A DNA stretch of 64,000 bases from Chlorobium sp. (GCF_036528655.1 NZ_JAIGND010000006.1:90820-154819); one strand, 5' to 3'; positions 1 through 9,902 are shown, counted from the first letter of the stretch. The notes: a model not told the origin generated them from the letters alone. Numbers and translations: made by a program.

Positions 1-172
1 AACCCTCGGCATATTTGTTTGTCATGACCGAACCGCAGGCCTGCATGACCGCTCGGCTGGTAAAATTCTCCGATGCGATGAGTTCGAGCGTTTCGGTCTG
101 CCTCAGGGTTTCGCCTGCTATTGCCTCGAAAACCTCTTTATCCTGCATTCTCAGGATGTCGGTATCCATCAT
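1..172 (-). CDS. glyA: Serine hydroxymethyltransferase, first 57 codons only (gene runs off the left edge)
   Basis: Not in the ORF track (<60 aa). Reverse-strand translation from the ATG at 172-170 gives [66 protein letters not shown] and TNKYAEG are SHMT N-terminal signatures. It lies 30 nt downstream of the ribBA stop on the same strand. Confidence 0.85.
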   Translation of the reverse strand, partial: MMDTDILRMQDKEVFEAIAGETLRQTETLELIASENFTSRAVMQACGSVMTNKYAEG

Positions 173-202
173 GGTAGCTATTCCTTTTTCTGCTGTTGAA
201 GG

Positions 203-1477
203 TTATGGTTTGTGTTTTTCGTTTTTCGAATGTCCGGCAACCATCTGATCATAGATATGCTGTTCATTGGCACAGGAACAGACAATCATATGGCCCATCT
301 TGTCGCGCTTGGTTTCCAGATATGTTCTGTTGACTGCATTGGGAGCTATTTCAAGCGACACCCGCTCGACTATTTCAAGCCCGTAGCCCTCGAGTCCGAC
401 AATTTTTTTCGGATTGTTGGTAAGCAGCCTCATCTTATGAACGCCGAGATCCTGGAGAATCTGGGCACCGATGCCGTAATCGCGCAGATCGGCTTTAAAG
501 CCGAGCTTTTCGTTCGCCTCGACGGTATCGAACCCTTCATCCTGCAGATTGTATGCCTTGAGTTTGTTGATCAACCCGATACCGCGACCTTCCTGCATGA
601 GATAGACCAGTACTCCGCGCCCCTCCCTCTCGATCATGGAAAGCGCGGATGCGAGCTGGTTTCCGCAGTCGCAGCGAAGGGAAGCGAAGGTATCCCCGGT
701 GGCGCACTGGGAATGTACCCTCACGAGCACCGGTTCATCAGTCGAAACGTCGCCTTTTACAAAGGCGATGTGATTGTGACCGTCTATAAACGATTCGTAG
801 GCTATGAGACGGAACTCGCCGTGCACGGTAGGCAGCCTCGACTCGACCGCCCTGTGCACAAGCTTCCGGCGCTGCATCTGATAAGCAACAAGATCCTTGA
901 TGGTAATAAGCTTCAGGTTGAACTTCTCCTTGATCTTCATCAGTTCGGGAAGTCTGGCCATGCTGCCGTCCTCGTGCAGGATTTCGCAAAGCAGACCTGC
1001 CGGACTGCTGCCGGCAAGACGGGCAAGATCGACGGCCGCTTCGGTATGGCCCACCCGACGCAGTACCCCGCCATCCATTGCCCGAAGCGGAAAAATATGT
1101 CCCGGACGAGAAAAATCGTCAGCCTTGCAGGAGGGATCTCCAAGCATTTTTATGGTCATGGTTCGATCGTAGACGGAAATACCCGTGGTAACCCCCTCGG
1201 CGATCGCATCGACCGATACCGTAAAATTGGTTTCGTGCTGGGAGGTATTCCGCTGCACCATTGCGTCGAGCTGCAGCTCTTTTGCGCGATCCATTGTAAT
1301 GGCAACGCACAGCAGTCCCCTGGCCTCTCTGGTGATAAAATTCACCATTTCGGTGGTCACATGGTCGGCGGCAGCGATAAAATCGCCCTCATCTTCACGA
1401 TCTTCGTCATCAATCACGATGATCATCCGGCCCTGCCGGATATCCTCAATAGCCGATTCAATCGTATCGAATTTCAT
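203..1477 (-). CDS. ribBA: Bifunctional 3,4-dihydroxy-2-butanone-4-phosphate synthase / GTP cyclohydrolase II
   Basis: ORF 203..1549. I place the start at the internal Met (1477) because [33 protein letters not shown] is the typical DHBP synthase N-terminus. The C-terminal half carries GTP cyclohydrolase II motifs ([39 protein letters not shown]). Confidence 0.95.
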   Translation of the reverse strand: MKFDTIESAIEDIRQGRMIIVIDDEDREDEGDFIAAADHVTTEMVNFITREARGLLCVAITMDRAKELQLDAMVQRNTSQHETNFTVSVDAIAEGVTTGISVYDRTMTIKMLGDPSCKADDFSRPGHIFPLRAMDGGVLRRVGHTEAAVDLARLAGSSPAGLLCEILHEDGSMARLPELMKIKEKFNLKLITIKDLVAYQMQRRKLVHRAVESRLPTVHGEFRLIAYESFIDGHNHIAFVKGDVSTDEPVLVRVHSQCATGDTFASLRCDCGNQLASALSMIEREGRGVLVYLMQEGRGIGLINKLKAYNLQDEGFDTVEANEKLGFKADLRDYGIGAQILQDLGVHKMRLLTNNPKKIVGLEGYGLEIVERVSLEIAPNAVNRTYLETKRDKMGHMIVCSCANEQHIYDQMVAGHSKNEKHKP

Positions 1478-1771
1478 ATATGGTTTTCTTACATCGGTTA
1501 TAACGCGAAATACCCCGCTTCCGGAACAGCCTGCAGCGGAGAAAAACACTGTAATGTAAATAAAAATCCCGAACCGCTGACAGGGAAAGCCGCGGAGTGC
1601 ACGAAAAACAGCACCAGCCGGAACTCAGGCTGCCACCCCATAAAAAGATTTGCCCGGGACTTTGTCGAAGAACGGCTTTTTTTATCTTTTACACGGTTTT
1701 TTATCGACCGGTGAATTGCTTACCTTACACAACAATAATATTCAATAGCCTATACAATCCATCAGAACCGC

Positions 1772-3628
1772 ATGACGATACACGTTCCCGACCTGCCTGA
1801 AGAGGTTCGGATCCTCGAGGGCAAACTCCCCAAAGAAACGCTCATAAAAGCAAAAGGACATGGTTTTTCCGATTGTCAGCTTGCCAATATTTTCAGGACC
1901 TCGGAAAACGCAGTCAGGGAGCTGCGCAAAAAATACGGTGTAGAATCGGTATTCAAAACCGTGGATACCTGCGCAGCCGAGTTTGACGCGAAAACCCCCT
2001 ACCACTATTCCACCTACGACGAGGAAAATGAATCGGTCCGTTCCGATCGCAGGAAAGTTCTTATTCTCGGCGGCGGCCCGAACCGTATAGGCCAGGGTAT
2101 CGAGTTCGATTACTGCTGCGTACAGGCTGTTTTCGCTCTGCGCGAAGCGGGATATGAAACCATCATGGTGAACTGCAACCCCGAAACGGTTTCGACAGAT
2201 TACGATATTGCCGACAAACTCTACTTCGAACCGCTGACGTTCGAGGACACTATCCGCATCATCGAGCATGAACAACCTCTCGGAGTCATCGTCAGCTTCG
2301 GTGGACAGACCCCGCTCAAGCTTTCCACGAAACTCGATGAAGCCGGCGTGACGATTCTCGGCACTTCGTCGAAAGGAATCGATCTTGCAGAGGACCGCAA
2401 AAAATTCGGCTCTCTTCTCGAAAAACTCGAGATTCCCCATCCGGACTACGGCACCGCAATCAGTTTCGATGAAGCACAGGCAATTACCTCAAAAATAGGA
2501 TATCCGGTTCTGGTTCGTCCGAGTTATGTGCTTGGCGGCCGGGCGATGAAAATCATCTACAGCGACGACTCTCTGAAAGAATACGTCGATCAGGCACTCT
2601 TCATTTCGGAAAAATACCCGCTCCTTATCGACAGGTTCCTTGAAACAGCCGTCGAGTTCGACATCGATGCTCTTGCAGATACCACTGACTGTGTCATCAG
2701 CGGCATCATGCAGCATGTCGAAGCCGCAGGCATTCACAGCGGAGATTCAACATCGATCCTTCCCTATCGCAATATCAGCCCGGAAGTGATCGCAACCATG
2801 AAGGCCTATACCCGTACCCTTGCCGAACATCTCGGTGTGATTGGTCTTATGAATGTCCAGTATGCAGTTCAGAATGAAAGTGTCTACGTTATCGAGGTCA
2901 ATCCGAGAGCGAGCCGCACGGTGCCTTTCGTCGGCAAGGCCACGGCCGTTCCTGTTGTAAGGATAGCAACACGTATCATGCTCGGAGAGAAACTGTCGGA
3001 TCTGCGCGCCGAATATGACCTGAAGGACTGTGATGAACTCGGATTGAAGCACATGGCCATCAAGGAACCGGTTTTCCCGTTCTCGAAATTCGTTAAATCA
3101 GGGGTCTACCTCGGCCCTGAAATGCGCTCGACCGGCGAAGCCATGAGTCTTGCGGAGCAATTTCCCGAAGCTTTCGCAAAGGCTTACCAGGCTGCCAACA
3201 TGCACCTGCCGCTATCAGGAGCGGTGTTCATCAGCGTAAACGACCAGGACAAGGATCAGCGCATCATCGCAATTGCCAGGGAACTCTACCGCATGGACTT
3301 CGACCTTGTCGCTACCGCAGGAACCTACCAGTTCCTGACGAAGAACGGGATCGACTGCAAGAAGGTCTACAAAGTCGGCGAAGAAGGACGACCGAACATA
3401 TTCGACATCATCAAGCACGGCAAGATCGATTTCGTGATCAACACGCCACGAGGTGAGAAAGCGCTGCATGACGAGGAGGCTATAGGGGCGGCATCGGTGC
3501 AGAGCAACGTACCGTTCGTTACCACTATCGAAGCCGCAGCAGCATCGGTCGAGGCGATAGACTGCATCCGCCGCCAGGAATTCGGCGTAAAAAGCCTTCA
3601 GGAGTACTCCGCTTACCGGAAAAGGTAA
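1772..3628 (+). CDS. carB: Carbamoyl-phosphate synthase large subunit, C-terminal half only (split CarB: second ATP-grasp plus MGS-like allosteric domain)
   Basis: 618 aa. It begins in the oligomerisation-domain region (LIKAKGHGFSDCQLANIF). It then has VLILGGGPNRIGQGIEFDYCCV, the ATP-grasp region (IGYPVLVRPSYVLGGRAM, VYVIEVNPRASRTVPF) and the C-terminal MGS-like domain (AVFISVNDQDK...ATAGTYQFL...INTP). No N-terminal half lies upstream. Confidence 0.9.
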   Translation: MTIHVPDLPEEVRILEGKLPKETLIKAKGHGFSDCQLANIFRTSENAVRELRKKYGVESVFKTVDTCAAEFDAKTPYHYSTYDEENESVRSDRRKVLILGGGPNRIGQGIEFDYCCVQAVFALREAGYETIMVNCNPETVSTDYDIADKLYFEPLTFEDTIRIIEHEQPLGVIVSFGGQTPLKLSTKLDEAGVTILGTSSKGIDLAEDRKKFGSLLEKLEIPHPDYGTAISFDEAQAITSKIGYPVLVRPSYVLGGRAMKIIYSDDSLKEYVDQALFISEKYPLLIDRFLETAVEFDIDALADTTDCVISGIMQHVEAAGIHSGDSTSILPYRNISPEVIATMKAYTRTLAEHLGVIGLMNVQYAVQNESVYVIEVNPRASRTVPFVGKATAVPVVRIATRIMLGEKLSDLRAEYDLKDCDELGLKHMAIKEPVFPFSKFVKSGVYLGPEMRSTGEAMSLAEQFPEAFAKAYQAANMHLPLSGAVFISVNDQDKDQRIIAIARELYRMDFDLVATAGTYQFLTKNGIDCKKVYKVGEEGRPNIFDIIKHGKIDFVINTPRGEKALHDEEAIGAASVQSNVPFVTTIEAAAASVEAIDCIRRQEFGVKSLQEYSAYRKR

Positions 3629-3639
3629 GCGGAAGATAA

Positions 3640-3677
3640 CCGGGAGAAAAAGGCCGCTACCGGTATTTTTCTCCTGG
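3640..3677. terminator. Hairpin between convergent carB and lptE-like genes (candidate bidirectional terminator)
   Basis: CCGGGAGAAAAA (3640-3651) pairs with TTTTTCTCCTGG (3666-3677), giving 11 Watson-Crick pairs plus one G-U. A/T runs flank the stem on both strands. A second 7-bp hairpin, GCTTACC-GGAAAA-GGTAAGC (3611-3630), spans the carB stop codon. Confidence 0.6.
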
Positions 3678-3716
3678 TGCGTTCTCCACCGCAGCCACCC
3701 CTTTACCTGAATCGGA

Positions 3717-4238
3717 TTAACGCCAGTCGGAGACGACTGCGTCGAGTATATCGGCGGCAATCATGTCGAGCGACAGCGAGATCGCATCCTGCTGCGAAGA
3801 AAAACTTCCTGCCGTATAATCGGCAAACCCCGCGAATGTCCGCTCAAAAAGAATGCTTTTTTTAACACGATCCTGAAAAGTCGCCTGGACGGTAATGGTA
3901 ACGCGGTTGGTCAGAGCACGTTCGGTAGAGCTGCTGAGCTGGCTCGGTTCGTCACTGAACGAAAGAATGGTGCCTTCAAGAAGCGCATCGGCAGTAACGC
4001 GAGATGGCGTCAAACGAAGCGGGCTTTGCGATTCGAACTTTTCCGTCAGCTTTCTGGTAAGTTCAGCGCGAAAACGGGCAATACCGGCACGCGACTGATC
4101 CTGGAATACCGGCACCGCAACGGTTTTCATGTGTGGCGGAACCGATCCTCCGCTGAAACTGTAACATCCCTGAAACAGAAATGCCTGAATAAGCAGAACG
4201 AGGCAGATCGAAACACGTTTAAAACGGCCGTATCGCAT
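3717..4238 (-). CDS. lptE: LptE-like lipoprotein (LPS-assembly lipoprotein family)
   Basis: 173 aa with a signal peptide and lipobox (LFQGC). It continues [24 protein letters not shown], the pattern I associate with Bacteroidota/Chlorobiota LptE. It is the last gene of the co-directional RLP array. Confidence 0.6.
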   Translation of the reverse strand: MRYGRFKRVSICLVLLIQAFLFQGCYSFSGGSVPPHMKTVAVPVFQDQSRAGIARFRAELTRKLTEKFESQSPLRLTPSRVTADALLEGTILSFSDEPSQLSSSTERALTNRVTITVQATFQDRVKKSILFERTFAGFADYTAGSFSSQQDAISLSLDMIAADILDAVVSDWR

Positions 4239-4261
4239 GGATCACTCCGCTTGCTGAAAGG

Positions 4262-5086
4262 TTAACAGGTTCTCCGGTCTATCCGGTTGGTCAGTTTACG
4301 GAAGGGATAGGTAAAGAGCAACCTCTTTTTTGCCCACCCGTCAAGCGCGGAAAGGTATAATCCCGTTTTACCGTCACTCCAGCCTGAAGCCATCTTTACC
4401 GCAAGGGATGCTGCGATATCAGGCGGCTGGGCGAAGATATCGAGAATGGTGTTGAAGGTTGCAAGCTGCCGGGATAACTCCGGAGTCGGATTTTCGGCAC
4501 TTACCATGCCGGTGCGGACAAGACCCGGGTGCAGCAGCATTATTGATATCGGCGTCTGTCGATACTCCGCTGCGACAGCGTAGGTAAATCGTGCGATTGC
4601 CGCTTTCGTCGATCCGTATGCGCTGATGAACGGGGTATTCGAGCCCCGATCGGTACCGGAACCAGCCATATTGATGATCTTGCCGGGAACATTCTCACGG
4701 AGAAAATATGCTATAGCCGCACGGCACCCGTAACAGGTGCCTTTCAGGTTTGTATCGACGACCCTGCTCCACAGAACAGGATCACCTGCGCACAATGGAC
4801 CGAAGGGTTCTGATATACCCGCATTGTTAATGAAACAGTCGATCCTGCCGAATCTTTCTACCGATACTTCGACAAGACGCTCCATTTCGCAAAGAGAACT
4901 CACATCACAGGCGTGACCGTAGACGCGGTCCCGGCAAAGTCCCGCAAGAGCCGAATCTACATTCGATTGCGACGATGATGTTATGACCACCGAAGCCCCT
5001 TCATCGAGAAACCTGCAGGCGATAGCTCTGCCGATGCCCCGTGTCGATCCGGTAATGACCGCCACCTTGCCAGAAAGTTTTTCCAT
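4262..5086 (-). CDS. Short-chain dehydrogenase/reductase (SDR) family oxidoreductase
   Basis: 274 aa with the Rossmann motif VAVITGSTRGIGRAIA, NNAG, and the catalytic Y-x3-K in SAYGSTKAA. It lies 35 nt downstream of the RLP gene. Confidence 0.9.
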   Translation of the reverse strand: MEKLSGKVAVITGSTRGIGRAIACRFLDEGASVVITSSSQSNVDSALAGLCRDRVYGHACDVSSLCEMERLVEVSVERFGRIDCFINNAGISEPFGPLCAGDPVLWSRVVDTNLKGTCYGCRAAIAYFLRENVPGKIINMAGSGTDRGSNTPFISAYGSTKAAIARFTYAVAAEYRQTPISIMLLHPGLVRTGMVSAENPTPELSRQLATFNTILDIFAQPPDIAASLAVKMASGWSDGKTGLYLSALDGWAKKRLLFTYPFRKLTNRIDRRTC

Positions 5087-5121
5087 CGGCTGTTCAGTAA
5101 CTTGCGTTCGGTTCCGGCCAG

Positions 5122-6417
5122 CTATCTGCAGGCACCCTCAACCATCTGCTTCAGTTCGGGACGGCCTTCTGCGTAAGACTCAATCGATACTCCCTGCTCG
5201 ATCGCTTCCCATGCCTGACGGATGCTCCTCGCTCCGGCTTTCGGACCACCAGGATGGCCGAATACCCCGCGTCCAGGCACGAAACCGAAATCGACGCTGC
5301 CGACTTTCCGGTAGACCGTGTCGAGCGTCAATGCGGAATCGCTGCCGCCCGGCACGGGAAGCGAACGGCGGATATGGCCGAAATCCTGAAGGCACTCGCG
5401 GATATTGAGTATCACCTCCTCTTCCGGCGTCATCATCCTGTTTCCGAAACCCGGCATGATGACGGAGTCGAGACCGGCAAGACGCTGCAGTTTGGTCATG
5501 ACGCGGGAATGCACCCCGTACTTCTCCATACGACTGAAAGAGGCAATAAAGGGAAAATGACCGATAAGCGGCACTTTTGTATGTTTGGCAAGCATTCGCA
5601 CTCCACTCAGACCGACCGGCAGGGCATTGATGAGCAGCGCATTGGCCCCGTTACGCACTGCCATATCGTGCTGCTGTATAAGACGGTCCACCTCATCGGT
5701 CACGTTTGCAAGATAGATTTTAGGTACCCCGGTCTCCTTTTCGGCCTGCAACCGGGCCACTCCGAGTTCGCGCGAGCGCTCTTCAAGCGTAGACCACTCG
5801 ACATCGGCAAGCATCTCATCATCCTTTGCGATATCGAGACCTCCGAGCCAGCTCTCATAAGCGATATCGGCGAAACATGAGGGCTTCAAACCGATATTGG
5901 GCTTCACCACCCCGAAAAAGATCGGACGATCATATGCCTGCAGAAGATCGCGTATCCCTTCGATACCGAATCTCGGTCCCTCGAACGCATTCAGATAAGG
6001 CTCGGGAAATCCGATATCAAGCAGCTTTACCACGGGGACTCCAGGGGTAAAGAACGTACCCTCCCCGCATACGGCCGTGATAAGATTGGGCAGCTTCGGA
6101 CCGAAATTACGGTACGGATGCGCAATGGTAACCCGGCATGCATGAACCGGACCGGCTTCGGCGTGTTTGACCGGATAACTGAGTCCGGGCAATTCTCCCT
6201 CGACAGTAAGGCCGATAACCTTAGCGCCATAGAGCGGTCTGAAATCTTCATCGAACCCGACTCGTCTCCACTGTGCCGTAGACTGCTCGCTGCAGAAATG
6301 GGCAAGCGCCATCTCGATATCGCCGACACACTCCAGATAGTATTCGAGCGTGAGATAGTCTGCCATATCGAGCTGTTCGGGTGAAGCGAAAAAGCCCTTG
6401 ATGTCCTCAGTATTCAT
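5122..6417 (-). CDS. RuBisCO-like protein (form IV RLP, Chlorobaculum tepidum type)
   Basis: 431 aa. It is colinear with my recollection of the C. tepidum RLP (MN.ED.KGFFAS..., [56 protein letters not shown]). It retains [10 protein letters not shown] (carbamyl-Lys motif) but is not a form I/II enzyme. Confidence 0.95.
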   Translation of the reverse strand: MNTEDIKGFFASPEQLDMADYLTLEYYLECVGDIEMALAHFCSEQSTAQWRRVGFDEDFRPLYGAKVIGLTVEGELPGLSYPVKHAEAGPVHACRVTIAHPYRNFGPKLPNLITAVCGEGTFFTPGVPVVKLLDIGFPEPYLNAFEGPRFGIEGIRDLLQAYDRPIFFGVVKPNIGLKPSCFADIAYESWLGGLDIAKDDEMLADVEWSTLEERSRELGVARLQAEKETGVPKIYLANVTDEVDRLIQQHDMAVRNGANALLINALPVGLSGVRMLAKHTKVPLIGHFPFIASFSRMEKYGVHSRVMTKLQRLAGLDSVIMPGFGNRMMTPEEEVILNIRECLQDFGHIRRSLPVPGGSDSALTLDTVYRKVGSVDFGFVPGRGVFGHPGGPKAGARSIRQAWEAIEQGVSIESYAEGRPELKQMVEGACR

Positions 6418-6524
6418 AAAATAAACAAAACGTTATTCTCACGACCCCGGATATATGCAAGCCACCAGCCAGGGATCCTGTTTTGAAATGCAATTATTGA
6501 TGAAAAGCCGATTATATCCGGATC

Positions 6525-7406
6525 TCAGCCTTCTGACCGGATGCTCTGAAAATACTCGTAAGCCTCGGCAGGCGCCATATTCTCGTGCACCACACGGTTC
6601 ACCGTCTTCATCATGGCCAGAGGTGCGTCGCTCTGGAAGATGTTGCGGCCCATGTCCACACCGGCAGCACCTTCCTGTATCGCCCGATACGACATGGTCA
6701 GTGCATCGAGTTCGGAAATTTTCTTGCCTCCCGCCATCACGATCGGTACCGGACAGGATGCCACGACCGTTTCGAAATCTTCCGGAACATAGTAGGTTTT
6801 CACGATCTGGGCTCCGAGTTCGGCCGATATACGGCAGGCAAGCCGGAAATATTTTGCATCACGCACCATGTCCTTGCCGACGGCGGTAACCGCCATGGTA
6901 GGAATGCCGTAACGCAGTCCCATGTCGACGAGCTTCGTCATGTTGCGGATAGACCGGGTTTCGAACTCTCCGCCGATGAAAACCTGGAGGGTAATAGCCG
7001 CAACGTTCATCCTGATGGCATCCTCGATATCTACGGCAAGCTGCTCGTCGGAGAGTTCCTTGAGTATGCTCGGACCGCCGCTGCAGCGCATGACAACCGC
7101 CTTTGTAAGCGAAGGAGGCACCGTGGTGCGCAGAATACCCCTGGTGAGCATAATGGCATCGGCATGAGGCATGAGCGGCACAATATTGACGTCGGGACGC
7201 TCAAGACCGGTGGTCGGACCCTGAAAATAGCCATGATCGATAGCGAACATGACGGTCCTGCCGGTATCGGGCCTGAAAATGCGCGAAAGACGGTTTTTCA
7301 TGCCCCAGTCGAGCGAATGCGCTCCTTTCAGAAAGAACCCATATTTCTCGACAGGAATATCGGTATAGTACTCTTTGGCCTGTTTATCCTTGTCATATTC
7401 AGCCAT
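6525..7406 (-). CDS. Class I (DeoC/LacD-fold) aldolase of the LsrF type (3-hydroxy-5-phosphonooxypentane-2,4-dione thiolase-like)
   Basis: 293 aa. Long motif runs match E. coli LsrF as I recall it: [52 protein letters not shown] (Schiff-base Lys context), [22 protein letters not shown]. Confidence 0.85.
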   Translation of the reverse strand: MAEYDKDKQAKEYYTDIPVEKYGFFLKGAHSLDWGMKNRLSRIFRPDTGRTVMFAIDHGYFQGPTTGLERPDVNIVPLMPHADAIMLTRGILRTTVPPSLTKAVVMRCSGGPSILKELSDEQLAVDIEDAIRMNVAAITLQVFIGGEFETRSIRNMTKLVDMGLRYGIPTMAVTAVGKDMVRDAKYFRLACRISAELGAQIVKTYYVPEDFETVVASCPVPIVMAGGKKISELDALTMSYRAIQEGAAGVDMGRNIFQSDAPLAMMKTVNRVVHENMAPAEAYEYFQSIRSEG

Positions 7407-7467
7407 GATGGTGTCTCCGGTTTCAGTTTTGATTCAGGTTAACGTCTTGTAATTCGATCAATTCAGC

Positions 7468-9585
7468 TTAACGAAGCGCGGCAGCGATATTGCCGCCGTC
7501 AACCGTGACGATAGAGCCGGTCGTCTTCGTTTCGAGTGCCTGGTGCACAAAGGCCTCTGCAACATCCTCGGCTGTAACCTCAACCTGCAGAAGATTGCCG
7601 GCCATATACTCCCGTTCACTGAGCCCCCGCGCCCTGGAACGGGTTTTTATCATTTCATCGGTCAGAAGTCCTGTACGAATGCGGTCAGCATTGATACCGT
7701 TCGCCCTGATACCGTCGCGTCCGTGATCGAGCGCGTACTGGCGAACAAGAAACATGGTTGCTGCTTTCGGCAGGCCGTAAGGACCGAAATCAGGCCCCGG
7801 ATTTACCGCCTGCTTCGAAACGTTGAAAAGCAGAACCCCTCCCGTTTCCTGCAGACGCATGATCCTGACCGCCTCCTGGGCAATGGACTGGTGCGAAAAA
7901 AAGTTGAGTTCGAAGCTCCGGCGAAGCACATCGTCGGCCACATCGCCGATCCTGCCCTGAAGAGCCACACCGACATTCGACACAACGATATCGACACCTC
8001 CGAACCGGCGACAGACCGAATCGAAGGCGCTTCGCACAGCCTTGCGGTCAGTCACGTCGCAGGCTACGGCAAGCACGCCTTCGCCTATCTCTCTGGCCGC
8101 AAGCTCCAGCGCATCGGGGTTCAGGTCGAGAACCACCAGCTCGGCACCCCGCTGCCTGAATGCCCTGGCAGTGGCCAGTCCGATGCCGCTCGCCGCACCG
8201 GTTACCAGAGCGACCTTTCCGGCAAACACATCGTGACGGATCTTTTTCATCTTGGCCTGCTCCATCTCCCAATATTCGATATCGAAAGCATCTCGCTCGC
8301 TTATGGACTCGAACCGTCCTACCGATTCGGCGTCCAGAATGGCCGATGCGGTACTTGCAGCAATATCGGCATTGACCGCAGCCGCACTGGCAGTCCGGCC
8401 AAGCCCGAAAAGCCCGAGACCCGGAACAAGCACCACCCTCGGCAGAGGATCGAGCATCGTAACCTGCATGCCGGAAGCCTCTTTCTGGCGCTCGAAATAA
8501 GCCCTGTACTCCTCCTTATACCCTTCAACAGCAGCACGGACAACGTTCCTGAACCCCTCGATGTCAGCTGCGTCGGGTGCGGGGACTGCAAGCGGACGAT
8601 TCTTTGTACGGATGATGAAATCGGGCGTCATGGCGCCTCTTCCGCTCACTTCCGCAAGATCAGGCCTGTTCACGTAATCCAGAATATCCGGGGATGAGCG
8701 AAAATCCAGCACGAACTGATCGTACTGCCTGCAGCCCGGACTTCTCTCCTCGGCGACCGCCCCCCTGATTACCGGAGCGACTTCTTCAAGTGAAGCAACG
8801 ACCGGGGGAAGCGGAACTGCCTCATACTGCTTTCTCCCCGACCGGGCTATACGCTCTTCAAGCTTTGTGACGCTTTCTATCATGAACCCGTAGGCCTCGG
8901 CCGCAGAATCGGCAAAGGTGACCAGACCGTGCTTGTGCAGCACCAGACCCCTGATCGCGGAATCGTGCCCGTAAGCTTCGGCGGCAGAATGCGCAAGTCC
9001 GAGACCCGGTTTGATATAGGGAACCATGCCGAACAGATCCCCAAGGGTTTCCCGGCAAAGCGCTTCCCCATCCGGCTGGTTGCTGAGCGTCAGAAGGGCC
9101 GTTGCATGCGTATGAAAAATAAACCTGTGCGGCAGAAAAGCGTGAAGCATGGTCTCGATCGAAGGTGAAAGCGAGTTTTTCACCATGTGATCGGTCAGAT
9201 AGAAGAGATTCAGATAGAGGAAGTTTTTGAACTCCCTTGTCGAGAACTGCTGTATATCGTCGTCGCTATGCCGCTTGCCTGTCGCGTAGAGATGCTGGAG
9301 TTTCCGGAGCGGATCTATGCGGACAGGCGTAAAATCGTGAGCATCGAGAGCGGCAAGATCAACTCCGCTGCCCTTGATGAAAATGACATTCACACTGTTA
9401 CCGATTATGTCGCGCAACTCGCTCTTTACCGAGGTATTGCCGCCGCCGTGCATCACCAGAGAACTTTCGCTCCCGAGCAGGCGGGAGGCATAAACCAGTT
9501 CCGCAAGTTCTGCAGGAATATCGTTATCGCTGAGCTGACGGTCTACGGAGCGCTGAAAATCGGCACTGTTCCAGAGATTTTGCAT
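7468..9585 (-). CDS. Bifunctional class II aldolase (rhamnulose-1-phosphate aldolase-like) / short-chain dehydrogenase
   Basis: 705 aa. The N-terminal ~430 aa is a class II aldolase/adducin-type domain (SLVMHGGGNTS, HTHATALL). The C-terminal ~250 aa is an SDR (VALVTGAASGIGLATA, Y-x3-K in PYGLPKAA). The architecture matches the RhaD-ADH fusion family. Confidence 0.85.
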   Translation of the reverse strand: MQNLWNSADFQRSVDRQLSDNDIPAELAELVYASRLLGSESSLVMHGGGNTSVKSELRDIIGNSVNVIFIKGSGVDLAALDAHDFTPVRIDPLRKLQHLYATGKRHSDDDIQQFSTREFKNFLYLNLFYLTDHMVKNSLSPSIETMLHAFLPHRFIFHTHATALLTLSNQPDGEALCRETLGDLFGMVPYIKPGLGLAHSAAEAYGHDSAIRGLVLHKHGLVTFADSAAEAYGFMIESVTKLEERIARSGRKQYEAVPLPPVVASLEEVAPVIRGAVAEERSPGCRQYDQFVLDFRSSPDILDYVNRPDLAEVSGRGAMTPDFIIRTKNRPLAVPAPDAADIEGFRNVVRAAVEGYKEEYRAYFERQKEASGMQVTMLDPLPRVVLVPGLGLFGLGRTASAAAVNADIAASTASAILDAESVGRFESISERDAFDIEYWEMEQAKMKKIRHDVFAGKVALVTGAASGIGLATARAFRQRGAELVVLDLNPDALELAAREIGEGVLAVACDVTDRKAVRSAFDSVCRRFGGVDIVVSNVGVALQGRIGDVADDVLRRSFELNFFSHQSIAQEAVRIMRLQETGGVLLFNVSKQAVNPGPDFGPYGLPKAATMFLVRQYALDHGRDGIRANGINADRIRTGLLTDEMIKTRSRARGLSEREYMAGNLLQVEVTAEDVAEAFVHQALETKTTGSIVTVDGGNIAAALR

Positions 9586-9642
9586 GAGTAACTGCTGCTT
9601 CTTTATTACCGGTTGCCGGCTGGTTAAATTAGATCTGCTGTA

Positions 9643-9858
9643 TCACGTATTCGATTTTTTCTTCTTATGCCACCCTTCAATGAAAAAACCTGACAGGTAA
9701 ATGACTATGAATCCGGGAATAACGACCGCGAGATAGGTCATCCGGTCGCTGAGGGTCTGCAGTTGCCCGGATGACCAGATCATCCACGCAAGCATGAACC
9801 AGAAAGGTCCTACGAAAAGAAACGTAACGTTCCAGAGGGTAGTGAAAGTGTACTTCAT
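9643..9858 (-). CDS. Small hypothetical membrane protein (two predicted TM helices, Lys-rich tail)
   Basis: 71-aa ORF 44 nt downstream of bchF on the same strand. It has two hydrophobic stretches (TLWNVTFLFVGPFWFMLAWMIW and YLAVVIPGFIVIYLSGFFI) and ends KKKKSNT. I recognise no family. Confidence 0.4.
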   Translation of the reverse strand: MKYTFTTLWNVTFLFVGPFWFMLAWMIWSSGQLQTLSDRMTYLAVVIPGFIVIYLSGFFIEGWHKKKKSNT

Positions 9859-9902
9859 AGGTCGTCTGCCTTATCAATCGGATTATGTTGAAACCGAAAA
9901 AC

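Noticed and set aside
212-1714. A 500-aa ORF on the plus strand covering the whole ribBA locus.
   Set aside because: It is antisense to a gene with unmistakable RibBA motifs. Its translation is low-complexity with no recognisable domain. This is a typical shadow ORF in a moderately GC-rich genome.
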